Positions 47,780 to 59,987 of a stretch of 64,000 nucleotides of DNA are shown here, piece after piece. Each line of letters starts with the position of its first letter. The first letter of the stretch is position 1. The stretch is from Vermamoeba vermiformis. Taxonomy: Eukaryota. The stretch lies in NCBI GenBank assembly GCA_045837725.1, contig JBEWZL010000270.1, positions 1 to 64,000 on the forward strand, in the 5' to 3' direction. The notes beneath the pieces are model-generated. The model made no database searches, was not told the DNA's origin, and was given only the letters and a program-made list of their open reading frames with translations. A program made the position numbers and the translations under genes.

Positions 47780-49338
47780 TCACAACGCTAGCGCTAAGAC
47801 TGTGAGGACTAGTGTGCCAAAAAATGAGATCGAGGCGTCACTAGTCACTTTGACCGGTGTTCGAGTACTGCCAGGAGTACTGATTGGTGCGTTATTTGGC
47901 TCGTTCATTGGCGTGCTGCTTGGAGCACTGGTCGGAGGGCTGCTCGGAGTGACTGTTGGAGGCACAGGACACGTGATTGAAGCATTGCAAGAATACGAGG
48001 TGACTAGTGTGTCAAAGCTCAATGTAGCGCTGTACGAGTAACTTTCATTCTTCATACTACTACGCTAATTGTGTAGTTTCCACACTCGGGAGGACGTTCG
48101 GTGACCGAAAAGACATTGCCGTTCATGAAATCGATGTCACAAGTGTCCGAGTTGTAGTCGAAGCACGTGGCTGTCACTGGCTAAAAAACGCAACGTGGAA
48201 TAGTGTAAAATGTTATTGGGTACGGGCCTGTTGGATTGCCTGCGACAGAATCACCAAATATAGTAACGATCTGATTGGTCGTTAGCAAGAGAGTGCCACC
48301 AAACCCACCAATCCGATCTAATTTTGATTGCGCTGTAACTTCCCACGAGTTGTTTGATTGCCGTTGGAGGAAGAGAATTTTTCCAAACGGGATCTCTGGG
48401 TAACTTCGCTTTTTAGCACTCGTACCATCACTTATAGCACCCAAAGCTATGATATCTTTGTTTATGACGGTATATGAGAAGTAACCAAGGTTCGATGACG
48501 CGCCAACAGGGATCTGATCTCCTTCGAGAGCTTGCCGCACCCATTCGTTGTTGACCTTGGAGTACGATATGATTTTCATTGGTGTGGATGTCGTGAACAC
48601 AAAAAACATTGTGTCGACACCGTTGTATATTAAAGTCGCCATAGTTGTACCATGATCGCACGTGAACTTTGTGGCCAACGTCCAACCTCCTTGATCCGTG
48701 CGGTTGTAAATTGAAATATAATTGGAGGTATCTACGAATATTAATGTACTGTTATCTGCCCATGTATTGATTACTGGATAGTTTCCTACAGTCCCTGCAA
48801 AGTCAAAGGAGTCGGACAGATTCCAAACACCAGGATCTGAGTAGAGAAAAGTGTTAATGGCGCCATTTCCAATCACGACCATGGAGTTGTCTGCCAGTAT
48901 ATTAAAATATGCTGCGCTTGGTATATCGACGGTAGTTAAATTGACAATTTGATTCGAAGCGTCATCCAGCTTAAACAGAGTTACAAAATCAAAATCAGCA
49001 GTGTAGCCCATCCATTCACCAGTAATAAAAACCAATAAAGGTAAACTACTAACTTCCAGCGAAGTAATTTTAGTAATTTGTCCATCAGAGCCCATTTTAA
49101 ATACTGCAACGCTGTTTTTCGGATCGACAGTTGAAGAAATAATTAAATCACCGTAGGCTGCGTAACTCTCTTGATTAACAACTGAAGACGACTTAATGCC
49201 ATCGACACTCGCTTTTGTTGGCGTTATATCCTAAAAATAATTTAGTATTTTCGGATTTCGACTTTCTAAAACGTACAACAATCGAGGCTGATGCAAATAC
49301 AGCATACATAAGCAGTTGAGCCAAAAGAAAATTCATTG
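47780..49338 (-). pseudogene. Secreted/GPI-anchored beta-rich surface protein with two frame lesions
   Basis: Signal-peptide-like first exon, S/T/P-rich stalk and hydrophobic C-terminus. In-frame TAG at 48183-48181 followed by continued Cys-containing sequence, then a 1-nt frameshift near 48056. Confidence 0.55.
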
Positions 49339-50178
49339 CAAAAATGGCAGTGCTTTGTGGCGTTGCTTACGTTGAAGATTGTATTCAAAAAATTTCTTGC
49401 CGATAGTCCACCAGCACACGCCGAAAATCTTTCCGTCCCATCACTATCCCTGCAAACATAACAATGCTAAACAAGCAGTAACCGACAAACTCTACAACGT
49501 GGCAAGTCTATTATCGAGGTCGTTTAGAATAAGGTGCGCATCTGAATTAACGAAACTGTTAACCTCCTTAGGATACTAACTGAGCCTAAAATCTCAAGGT
49601 AAGCTAAATTTTTAAATCCAAAATTTGGCAAGCTATTGGCCACCCAAAAACAAATTAGTTTACTTTTTCATTCCACGGACCAGATTTTGGTTTAGTTAAT
49701 TTTATACAATTATTGACCGAGCAATTAATTAATTATCTAGCCAGTGGAATGAGCAATGCAAAGCGAAGGTGTTTCTTCATCCGGATTGAGATGACAGTTT
49801 TAAGCGGTTACGTCCTTGGTGCCCGGCACAGTTAGCAAGAACTTAGCAAGGCTTTTTCGAACTTGAAACATATAATTTGCGAAGATTATTACAAAAAGAG
49901 CTCTTTTGCCAAAAGAGAACAGATGTTGCTTTCGAGGATCATGAAGTACGCGGCCGTCAATCACAAGTAACTAGTCCGACAATAAGTCGTTAGTACAATT
50001 TGGCGAATAGAGTTGCGAAAATAGAATTCCACTGGGGTTAATTTTAGACCATCTCCGTATGGAGATTAGTTGCCCTGATTGATTTAAATTAGCCGTTGAA
50101 ATTCATAAAAGCGGGTTTACTTTCCTCGATATTAATCAATTAACTACTCCCTAGTGATCAACACAATTCAATCTAACA

Positions 50179-52587
50179 ATGGCTCTGCACGATCATCCGC
50201 TCACTCCTTACGATGCAGTAAGCGATATGTGGGATGAAGACGACGATGAATACAGTAAGCACAAATATCATAACTAATTATTACTACGACTATAAAGTAC
50301 ACGATCGCGATTGTGGCTGAAAGTAAGCTTCGTAGATCATATTTTTTCTGACCCTTCTTTTCTAGCTGTTAGCTGCAACGTGTGCGACAAAGAATTGACT
50401 GCAAGAGTATTTGCTTGCGATACTTGCGATTTCTACGCTTGCCCTAACTGCTACGCTAAGCACATCCAGAAACGTAAGACTAGTCTTTTCTTTTTTTCAA
50501 ATTCATGAAAACAACTTGGAATTCTATTTGATCCTTGATGCTTCATATAAATTTACCCAAGTAATATTTCGAAATTGAGCGACGTAACGGTTAGAAAGAA
50601 TTTTCCGGATGGCAGCTTTGGGATCTCGTTTTCGGAGCTATCGCGGTTCAATTCAGAATTGAAAAAATTATCACTGCTAATTAGTAAAGATTGGGATAAT
50701 CTAATCAAATTAATTTTGTAGATGCGAAGCACGCACATCCGTTGACGAAGTACAAGAAGTCTCCGTACGGCAAAAACAGCGACATCCTTGCTGAATGCGA
50801 CGTTTGTCTTACAGCCGTAGAAGAGGGCGATAACGCGTATCACTGCGATGCTTGCGGCGATTACGACAACTGCGAGGACTGTTACACTAAGTACCAGCGT
50901 AAGTGATCATCATTTTAAATCCACTCTTAGAGTATTCTTATGAACGGGAATATTTTATCCATTCTAAGTTGGTGATTAGATTTTTAATCGAATGTATTTT
51001 GATAGAGCCACATCCGCATCCTCTGCGCTACTTCGAGAGTGCAACGTTCTACGACGGGCAAACCTACGGTTGCGATTACTGCAGCGCAACGTTCAAAAAG
51101 CAACCCGGATATCATTGCGATTCTTGCTCCGAGAGCTTTGATTCGTGTCCCACTTGCTACAACAAGTTTGGTATGTCTTTGATCCGGATCTCTTCACCAT
51201 CTATTCTTCCTTCCGTCTTCGATAATGAACACTTCTTATTATTGTCACTTCTTATTGTTCCTAATTTACGAGTACTAACGGTCTTGTTTTACTTAGCGAT
51301 CGCTGGTGGTGCTCCACAAGGCGTGTTTCCACCAGGTCCGGGAGTTCAACCAGTCACAGTTTCAGTCGTGGCACAAGTCTCAACTGGAGGCTATCCACAG
51401 CCCATGCCTGGTCAACCTGGTCAGCTCGCTCCTGGCGCTTACCCATCACAAGGAATGCCCCCACCTGGCGGTCATCCTCCAGGCGTAATGCCGCCGTCTA
51501 TGGTGAGTACACGTGTTCGTTGTGTTCAATGGCGCTAACTGTGCGTCGTCTTTAGCCTGTAGGCCCTCAACCGGGCATGCCTGGTGGTCAGCCAGGTCAG
51601 CCAATGGCTGGTCAATACCCTCCTCAACCGATGGCTGGTAAGCCTGGCGCGTACCCACCTCAACAGATGCCTCCTGGTCAATATCCTCCTGGCCAGCCCT
51701 CGCAACCTGGCGCCTACCCTCCGCAACAGCCTGGCCAACCTGGCGCTTATACTCCACAGCCTACACAGCCTGGTCAGCCTCAACAGTATCCTCAGCCTGG
51801 TGCTTATCCTCCTCAAGCCCAACCTGGTCAATACCCTCCTGGTCAGCCCTCTCAGCCTGGTGCTTATCCTCCTCAACCCACGCAGCCCGTTCAATACCCT
51901 CCTGGCCAGCCCGGAAAACCTGGTGCCTATCCTCCACAACCTACGCAGCCCGGTCAACCCGGATATCCTCAACAGGGTGGCTATCCTCCCCAAGGCCAAC
52001 CTGGCCAATACCCTCCTGGCCAGCCCTCTCAGCCTGGTGCCTATCCTCCACAGCAGCCCGGCCAATATCCTCCTCCTCAACCCGGTGCTTATCCTCCTCA
52101 ATCGCAGCCGGGTCAATATCCTCCTGGCCACCCTCTCCCTGGCCAACAATACCCGCCTCAACCCAATGCTGCGTTGAGCTTCCCTGGCCAACCAGGAATA
52201 TCCACCTTTGCTCAGCCAGGCACGCAACCACCTGGCCAATACCCACCAGGTCAACAATACCCGCCGCAACAAGGTCAGCCTGGTTCGTATCCAGCACAAG
52301 GAGGAGTACCGCCCTCGGGTCAATATCTGCCCAACAATCAACCACTCAACTTCCCCGGTCAACCTTCTTATCCTCCTCAGCAAGGTGGTCAATATCCTCC
52401 TCAATCAGGCGCTTATCCTCCGCAATCGACGCCTCAACCCACGCAGCCTGGTCAATATCCTCCTCCTCAACCCGGTGCTTATCCTCCTCAATCACAGCCT
52501 GGTGGCCAACAATACCCGCCCAGCAATGCTCCGTTGAACTTCCCTGGCCAACCTGGCTACCCTAATGACAAGCCATCGCCTTATTAA
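50179..52587 (+). CDS. Protein with three DC1/ZZ-like Zn-binding repeats and a long P/Q/G/Y-rich repeat tail
   Basis: Three HxHPL...CxxC...CxxC...CxxC units on separate exons; more than 300 aa of [14 protein letters not shown] repeats. Confidence 0.8.
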
Positions 52588-52834
52588 TATGCCTTGACTT
52601 ATTTGTCGTAAACGATAATTTTAAATGTACAATTACACCAAAGCAAATGTTGAAACCCAAAACGGATCCAAGAGCGTTCAGCCGGCTACAATTTTTAGAC
52701 AGACGAGCGATAAAACCTATTAGTACTATCGCGTGCGAGTATCATCTTTACTACGGGAGTAAAGTAGAAAAGATTCGTTGAGGCTTCTTTTCGTTCGGAT
52801 TTCGAAAAAGAACACCACGAATCAACTAGCTCAA

Positions 52835-54659
52835 ATGAAGTCGTTTTATGGAGTAAATTTATTAGCACAATTAGAGAGAAAAGATTCGGTAAGTATAAGC
52901 GATAAACTAGCAGTTCGGTCTTGTGTCGGATCCAATGCCATAAAATATTAAAGTATTATCAAATCGAAAAAACATGCATAGAATAAAATATATTAGTGAA
53001 AATTATGCAGTGGCATGCTAATAATTTTTCTAGAAAAAAAAGCTGGTGCGACAGGCATCCGTTCGTGTCGACAAAGTCGCGAGATCGAGTGAAGAGATTG
53101 AAGGCGCAATTTATCGAGGCAAAAGTTTTGTTATTGGAGAACAAATCAAGAAATTTGACTTCGAAATCCAGCCTTCAGCAGGCTTAAAGCCGACGAAAAG
53201 ATGGATGCAGGCTTTGATCGACTCAAGTTCGCTTACAATTTTGCAAATTAAGCTTAGCGAAATGCGTGATCTATCTTCTAAGAATTGGGACTATTTAGTG
53301 AATGGAATTATAGGCAACAAATCCATCAAGCATTTGGGGGTCAGCGCTATCGAATTCAGAAACGAAAATATCGGCTATTTATGCAAGATACTATCTGAAA
53401 ATACGAGACTAGAGTCAATATCATTAGAGGATATTATTTGGCGCTCAGCAGACGAGTTTTCAGCTCTTTGTAACGTCCTAAAAACACATCCCAAGATCAG
53501 ATTCGTTGAATTCCGAAATGCCTTGCGAGAAATAGGCAATGATGTGAAATTAATAGAAGAATTACTTATTGCCAATAATATTATTACAACGATAGTCATC
53601 AAAGGAAGAAGTTTTGGAAATGTCTCAGTGCGCAAGATCTGCGACATTATTCAGCACGCAAAAATTTCAGCAGTAATATTATCAGACAATGATAAGTCAT
53701 CTATTAATGTCACAGAGAATATACCTAAAGATAGAACACTCGAATTTATTGAACAGCACTTCCACGAGGATCATTTTAGAGAATTTTGCGAGGTCGTAAA
53801 ATATTGCCCGACCGTCACTTCGCTCGATTGTAGAATACGACAGCATAACTATGAAGAGCCCATTAGTGATGTTTTGAAGAGGTGCTCGACACTCTTGACG
53901 TTGAAGTACTGGCATAGTACCAAAGAGAACAATAGGCTCTTAGTTCAAGGCCTGACAAGTAACAGATCCGTGAAACATTTGCACGTGTCGAATGTCCACA
54001 ACACAGCACAATACGCAGATTTATTCAAAGTCGTTCAAAAGAGCAAGACTATTAAGTCACTGACTATTAGTGGCGAACCTCCACGTGATCGACCAATCTT
54101 GGATCTGATCCAAAAATCGAAAAACTTGCAAGAATTGGATATTTCCAAATTTGGACAAGTCACAGATATTCAAGAGTTCAGTGCTGCATTAAGGCGAAAC
54201 AAATCTTTGCAGAAATTAGGACTGTCGCTGTATCAAGAAAAAGCTCACTTGCAGAACGATTTTTTCGAAGCGCTCGAACTGCATCCGTCAATCACTTCAC
54301 TGAATATTTGCACCGAGAAATTTGCCGTTTTAGGAAGGAAGTTTTGGCGACGCATGGAAGAAGTGTTGCACGTCAACAAGAGAATTTGTCATATTGAATG
54401 CGCGAAGCACGAAGACTGTCAAGTTGAAATGTTCACGTTGTTAATGAACAACGAAGAAGAGCAGCGAAATTTTGCGAGAATTTCAGTCGATGCTGTCAAC
54501 TTGATTGCAGCGCGACAGCAAGTATTTTTCACGAAATTGCCCGTAGAGTTATGGGCGATGATTTTGAACAAAATTCACGTGCCGCTCTTGGACCGTCCAT
54601 TAGGCAATATGTTAATTAACAGAGTCACCGAGAAGGAACAAAATGTGGCCCAGGAATAA
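52835..54659 (+). CDS. RNI-like LRR protein with C-terminal F-box-like motif (paralog 4)
   Basis: Short first exon ending RKDS, phase-0 intron to 53034, in frame with ORF 53046-54659; C-terminal LPVELWAMIL. Confidence 0.85.
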
Positions 54660-54691
54660 ATTACTGGAATTTTAAAAGTTTATGCCCAGTA

Positions 54692-57204
54692 TTAATATTT
54701 CACGTTGTACATGCGCCGCATTTTCTCTATCACAAACTGATTCTTGTCGCAAAATACTCGTTGACGATGCGAGCTGTTCTTTTCATGAACCAAGAACTTG
54801 TCGTACAGCGCTTGTTCTTGCGGCAACACGAACAGTTCGGAAGCACGTGACAGCAGTTTGTCGTAGATAAATTCGTTGACTTGGTGCAATAATGTTAAAA
54901 CGGTTGTTTCAAATATAATAGCTGACTTACAATTGATTATGAATTCTCTGCCCCCAATTGATTCGTTGACGACTTTCTTGATTTTTCCGCTGGCCACGAA
55001 AGATTTCCCGCTCATCAGAACGACTTTACCATCGTAGTGCTTTTCAAATGGTGAATTCGTTGCTACTTTTAACGCACATCCTTCTCGCGTGGCAATGACC
55101 GCAGTTGCCTTATTTAGAAGTGTCCTTGGGATTCGCTTGATTCCTTGAGCAGCTTCTTTTTGCCGTGCAATCTTGTCACTTCCATTTCCACCCATTTCCA
55201 TATTTGGCAATTTGATCTTGCGACTCTGATTCTCATCTTCGAACACGTGCAAAACAAAACAACTGAATTTCATGCCACTGTAATACAGACTGAAGTATCT
55301 GTTGGAACCGAACTTGTGTGGTGCAAATATTGATAACTCCGCTCTGAACGCTATCGTTGTACTCAACATCGATGGATAATCATTGTAATCTCGGGCAATC
55401 TCTCCATAGCCTTTGAAGCCTTGTAATTCTCTGTAGCCGAGTGGATTTACTTGACTGCGGATGACGTGGCCTACAACTTCATGTAAATGCAATGTGATTG
55501 GACAGTTTTTAACGTACCAGGCAAAGCTATTTCAACGTCCGTCAGTCCTGACATCATCGAACTGTGTCGGGCTACGTAAGTATGACGTGTTCCGAGTAGC
55601 CTGATGTAACCTGTTTTTAAGGTCATTGTGCCCGCTGTGAGTGTGAAATTAGTGGACCTCGATTTGTAATTGAATACTCAAACTATCTTAATATAATATA
55701 ATATTTTCAACACATGGGACTTTATCATCAATCATGAGTTCAAAAAACATTGTGCACCGAGAACTTTAATTTGATTTTTTCTGACTTACTCAACACTCTG
55801 CCGTAGAACACAGCACCAACACCACGCAAGTAATGCTGTTGAAACACTTGAAATCGCATCTTTTGTTTGCAGAGCAAGTCATATGCGACTGGATCCGTGC
55901 GTGCATTGCGATGAAAGTTGATGAACAAGTCACCGAGACTCGGACCAGTGTACCAACTGAACTTGGGCAAGTCAGTGCGAGTGTTGGTGCCAGTGAGTGC
56001 ATTGACTGGTGCGAAGTGAACACGTGTCATGTTGAGTCCAATGTGGTGTAACAACGTTGACATGCGTTGTTTGACCTTTTCGTACGCTACCAGAATAAAC
56101 ATTAGTATTAAATAATTTTAACGAGTTCAGAACATGATCGTTCGGTTGGTCAATCAAAAAATAAACCTCATTAGAAAACTATCTTTAAATCGTGAGAAAC
56201 TAATAAGTGAATTTGCCAATTAAGGAAAGCTTGTTGGTTCATTCAACACAGTACTGTACAAAATAAGGCGTCAATTTCAATGTAAGGACAAAACGTACCT
56301 GCAGACTGTTGATTCAGTGAAATTTCATCCAAGATGTTGACAGCAACGATCACGTGATTCGAAGCGTTGATCAAGTGACACGTGCTCAACACAAGGTCTT
56401 TCAAGTCTTCTTCTTGTTCGCCCGAAAGCACATCCGTGTTGACAACGAGCAACGGTAGATCGCACTAAAAATCACCAGAAAAAGTTAATATTCTGCTTCT
56501 CAATACTCCCCCAATGGTTAAATAGCTATGAATATTAATTATTTCCAGCTCGCTAACGCCACAACGAAAACGACCACATCCGAACGAAAAAAATTCTTGT
56601 CTGATACATGGAGCTCTAGATTGTATTTAGTACTTACAGGCAATGCATGTTTCAACACTTCTCTGCGCTTATTTGGTGCTCCGGGAGCGTTAAACAACGT
56701 CAACTCAAATCCAGGCATTGCACATGTAACTACGGTTGGAAAGCTAGCACTTCGTTTATAATCACCTGGTCCTGACATAATTGTAGCTAACGATGATTTT
56801 CCTACCGTCAAATTTAGTTAATAGTGTGATTCATCATTTTAAATTAAATTAGAGCAAATTTTACCCGCTCTTTCTGGACCGATTACAAGTGCATAAATAT
56901 GGCTGGGGTTATGCATTAATTTAGGTTCTTGGTCGAGACAATTTGTAATGATAGTATTTAATTTTTTGCTGACGAGCAAAGCTTGGTAGCACGCCAATGG
57001 ATCCAAAAATCTGCAGATGTAGCCAACCACCTGGTATAAATTTCATTAATACGCTAAAATAATTCTAAATATATAGCAATAATATTCGTTGAGTCTCGGG
57101 TGACTTTTATGCGTTCGCTTTTTTAAGTCTTATTATCCTTTTTTAACTCGCCATACCTCTTGCGGTAACGCTGTGGTAAAATCAACAGATTGATTAGATT
57201 CCAT
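54692..57204 (-). CDS. F-box + divergent eEF1A/EF-Tu-like GTPase fusion (copy 1)
   Basis: DFTTALPQE-VVGYICRFLDP...LVSKKL F-box; GPERA-GKSS P-loop; NAPG (G3); VAVNILD (G4); PVNALTGTN...WYTGPSL; GVGAVFYGRV (domain II); GKVVL...VASGKIKKV (domain III end). Confidence 0.8.
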
Positions 57205-57366
57205 TGTTTTGATTTCAATTTAATGTGTTCGATGCGTTGGCAATTTTGTATTAACTGAGGCGAAACCGAAGAGACGAAAATCTCCGCATTAAAATGTTAG
57301 TAAAGACGATTTTCTGGTTCTAAGTACTTTATTGGCTAATAATGTTGGTACGAGCCTCCATCTTCG

Positions 57367-59584
57367 TTATTTGCGAGCTTTCAAACGATTTTTCTTCTCC
57401 TCGTGGAACTCTTTTGTGTCGCAAAATACTCGTTGACGATGCGAACTGTTCTTTTCATGAACCAAAAACTTGTCGTACAGCGCTTGTTCTTGCGGCAACA
57501 CGAACAGTTCGGAAGCACGTGACAGCAGTTTGTCGTAAACCGAGTGCGTGACTGAGATAAAAACGTTAACCAAATATAGTAATAAGAATAGCCATGACTT
57601 ACAGTTGCTTTTGTCGAGGTCTTGTACTGACTCGTTGACAACTTTGTTAATTTTTCCGCTGGCCACGAATGATTTTCCGCTCATCAAAACGACTTTACCA
57701 TCGTAGTGCTTTTCAAATGGTGAATTTGTTGCTTTTTTTAGAGGAAATTCTTCTCGTATGACAATGATCGCAGTTGCCTTATTTAGAAGTGTTCTTGGGA
57801 TTCGCTTGATTCCTTGAGCAGCTTCTTTTTGCCGTGCAATCTTGTCACTTCCATTTACATCCATTTCCATATTTGGTAATTTGATCTTGCGACTCTGATT
57901 CTCATCTTCGAACACGTGCAGAACAAAACAACTGAATTTCATGCCGCTGTAATACAGACTGAAGTATCTGTTGGGACCGAACTTGTGCGGTGCAAATATT
58001 GATAACTCCGCTCTGAACGCTACAGTCTTGTAAAGCGAAACATAAATATTGTAGTCCAGCCCCGACTCTCCGTAGCCTTTGAACCGTCGCATTTCAGTAC
58101 GGTTAAACGTTCTGGTGTTACTGCCGACAACTTGACCTGAAATAACACTAAGAATAGCTTTACATAACACTAAATCTGTCCTTACCAGGCTTGGCTTCCT
58201 CCACCATCATGTGTCTGGACTCTATTGACCGGTGTTGTACCGCCAATACTTTGCCTGGCTGTATCATCCCTATCACTCCTAGCGTCATGGTGCCACCTGG
58301 AAAATGAAAAAAACCGACGTTTAGTTCAAATGCATTACGAGTTCAAAAAAAGCACTGTGCACTGAGATCATTATCAGATTATTTCAATTTTGCAGTTCAA
58401 AAAAACATTGTGCACTAAGATCATTAATTTGATTTTTTCTGACTTACTCAACACTCTGCCAGCAAACACCGCACCAATGCCAGGAATGTAGTACTTCTGG
58501 TACACTTGGAATCTCATTTTGGCTTTGCAGAGCAAGTCATATGCGACTGGATCTGTGCGTGCATTGCGATGAAAGTTGATGAACAAGTCACTGAGACTCG
58601 GACCAGTGTACCAACTGAACTTGGGCAAGTCAGTGCGAGTGTTGGTGCCAGTGAGTGCATTGACTGGTGCGAAGTGAACACGTGTCATGTCGAGACCGAG
58701 CGCACGTAACAAAGTTGACACGTGTTGCTTGACCTTTTCGTACGCTACAAGAATAAAGATCAGTATTAAGTTATCTTAACGAGTTAATAACATGATTATT
58801 CAAAAAGCTCAACACGCACCCTCTGGCTCCAGGTGAGGTGCCATTTCCAAGATGTTGACAGCAACGATCACGTGATTCGATGCGTTGATCAAGTGGCACG
58901 TGCTCAATACAAGGTCTTTCAAGTCTTCTTCTTGTTTGTTCGAAAGCACATCCGTGTTGACAACGAGCAACGGTAGATCGCACTAAAAATCACCAGATGG
59001 ATTAACGCATTTATAGGAATAAATTTGTGGCTAGAACTTACGGGTGATGCATGTTTCAACACTTCTCTGCGCTCATTCGGAGCTCCAGGAGTATTCAACA
59101 ACGTTACTTGAAATGTCGGCATGACGCATGTATTCGTCGTTGTGTGCTGCGCTTGTCGCGTGTAATCACTCGAGTATGATAAAATAGCAGTTAAACATGA
59201 TTTTCCTGATTTTAAAGGCATTAATAACGTGGTTCAGACAACTTTTGTTGGATTTAGTTTTACCCGCTCTTTCTGGACCGATTACGAGGGCATAAATATG
59301 GTCAGGATTGTGCATTAATTTTCGTATTTGCTCTATATAATTCGTGGCTAAATTATTGAGCTTTTTGCTAACGAGGGAAGCCTGAAAGAGTGACAACGGA
59401 TCCAAGAACGAGCAGATGAGGCCAACCAGCTATTAGAATAAATAAAAATTACTTAATTAATTCTAGTTCTAATTTATTTTAATCCGATGGATAAATTAAT
59501 AGGATCTTTGGGTGCAAGACTAAAATTTAAAGTTACCTCTTGTGGTATCGCTAGTGTAAAATCTACGGGTTGATTGTACTCCAT
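57367..59584 (-). CDS. F-box + divergent eEF1A/EF-Tu-like GTPase fusion (copy 2)
   Basis: Tandem paralog with the same exon layout: DFTLAIPQE-LVGLICSFLDP, GPERA-GKSC, NTPG, VAVNIL, PGIGAVFAGRV. Confidence 0.8.
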
Positions 59585-59987
59585 ATTAAAAATAATGGGA
59601 TAGAATGATGCGGCTGTACTGCGTTGTGTTGTTTCTAAGCTGACAGAAAGAATAAACAATTGCCAGCTTCGAAGCTATTTTCTTTTTAAAACAGGACGGT
59701 CCTGTTTGAACCAACAGGACCTCACGCTCCACACATGGTTATTTTTGTGCGCAAAGTGACATATTGATATCGATCGAAGCCAAAATCACAAATTAGAATT
59801 GTTACTTCTTCGGTTTCAACGTCTGCTGGACGGCGTTCCCTGAGATGGAACGATTTAGCGCGGTGCTCGTTCTTGTTTCATCCAAAGGCAACTAACTTTA
59901 TTTTGGAAGAAATTATACAACGAAAATAAAATAAAATAATAATTTACAGCGAGTAGGCACGCGATCTAGAGATCCGTTCCTGGCCTC

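Noticed and set aside
51535-52404. 289-aa Arg/Leu-rich minus-strand ORF and other overlapping frames
   Set aside because: Antisense or alternative-frame shadows of the PQGY repeat exon.
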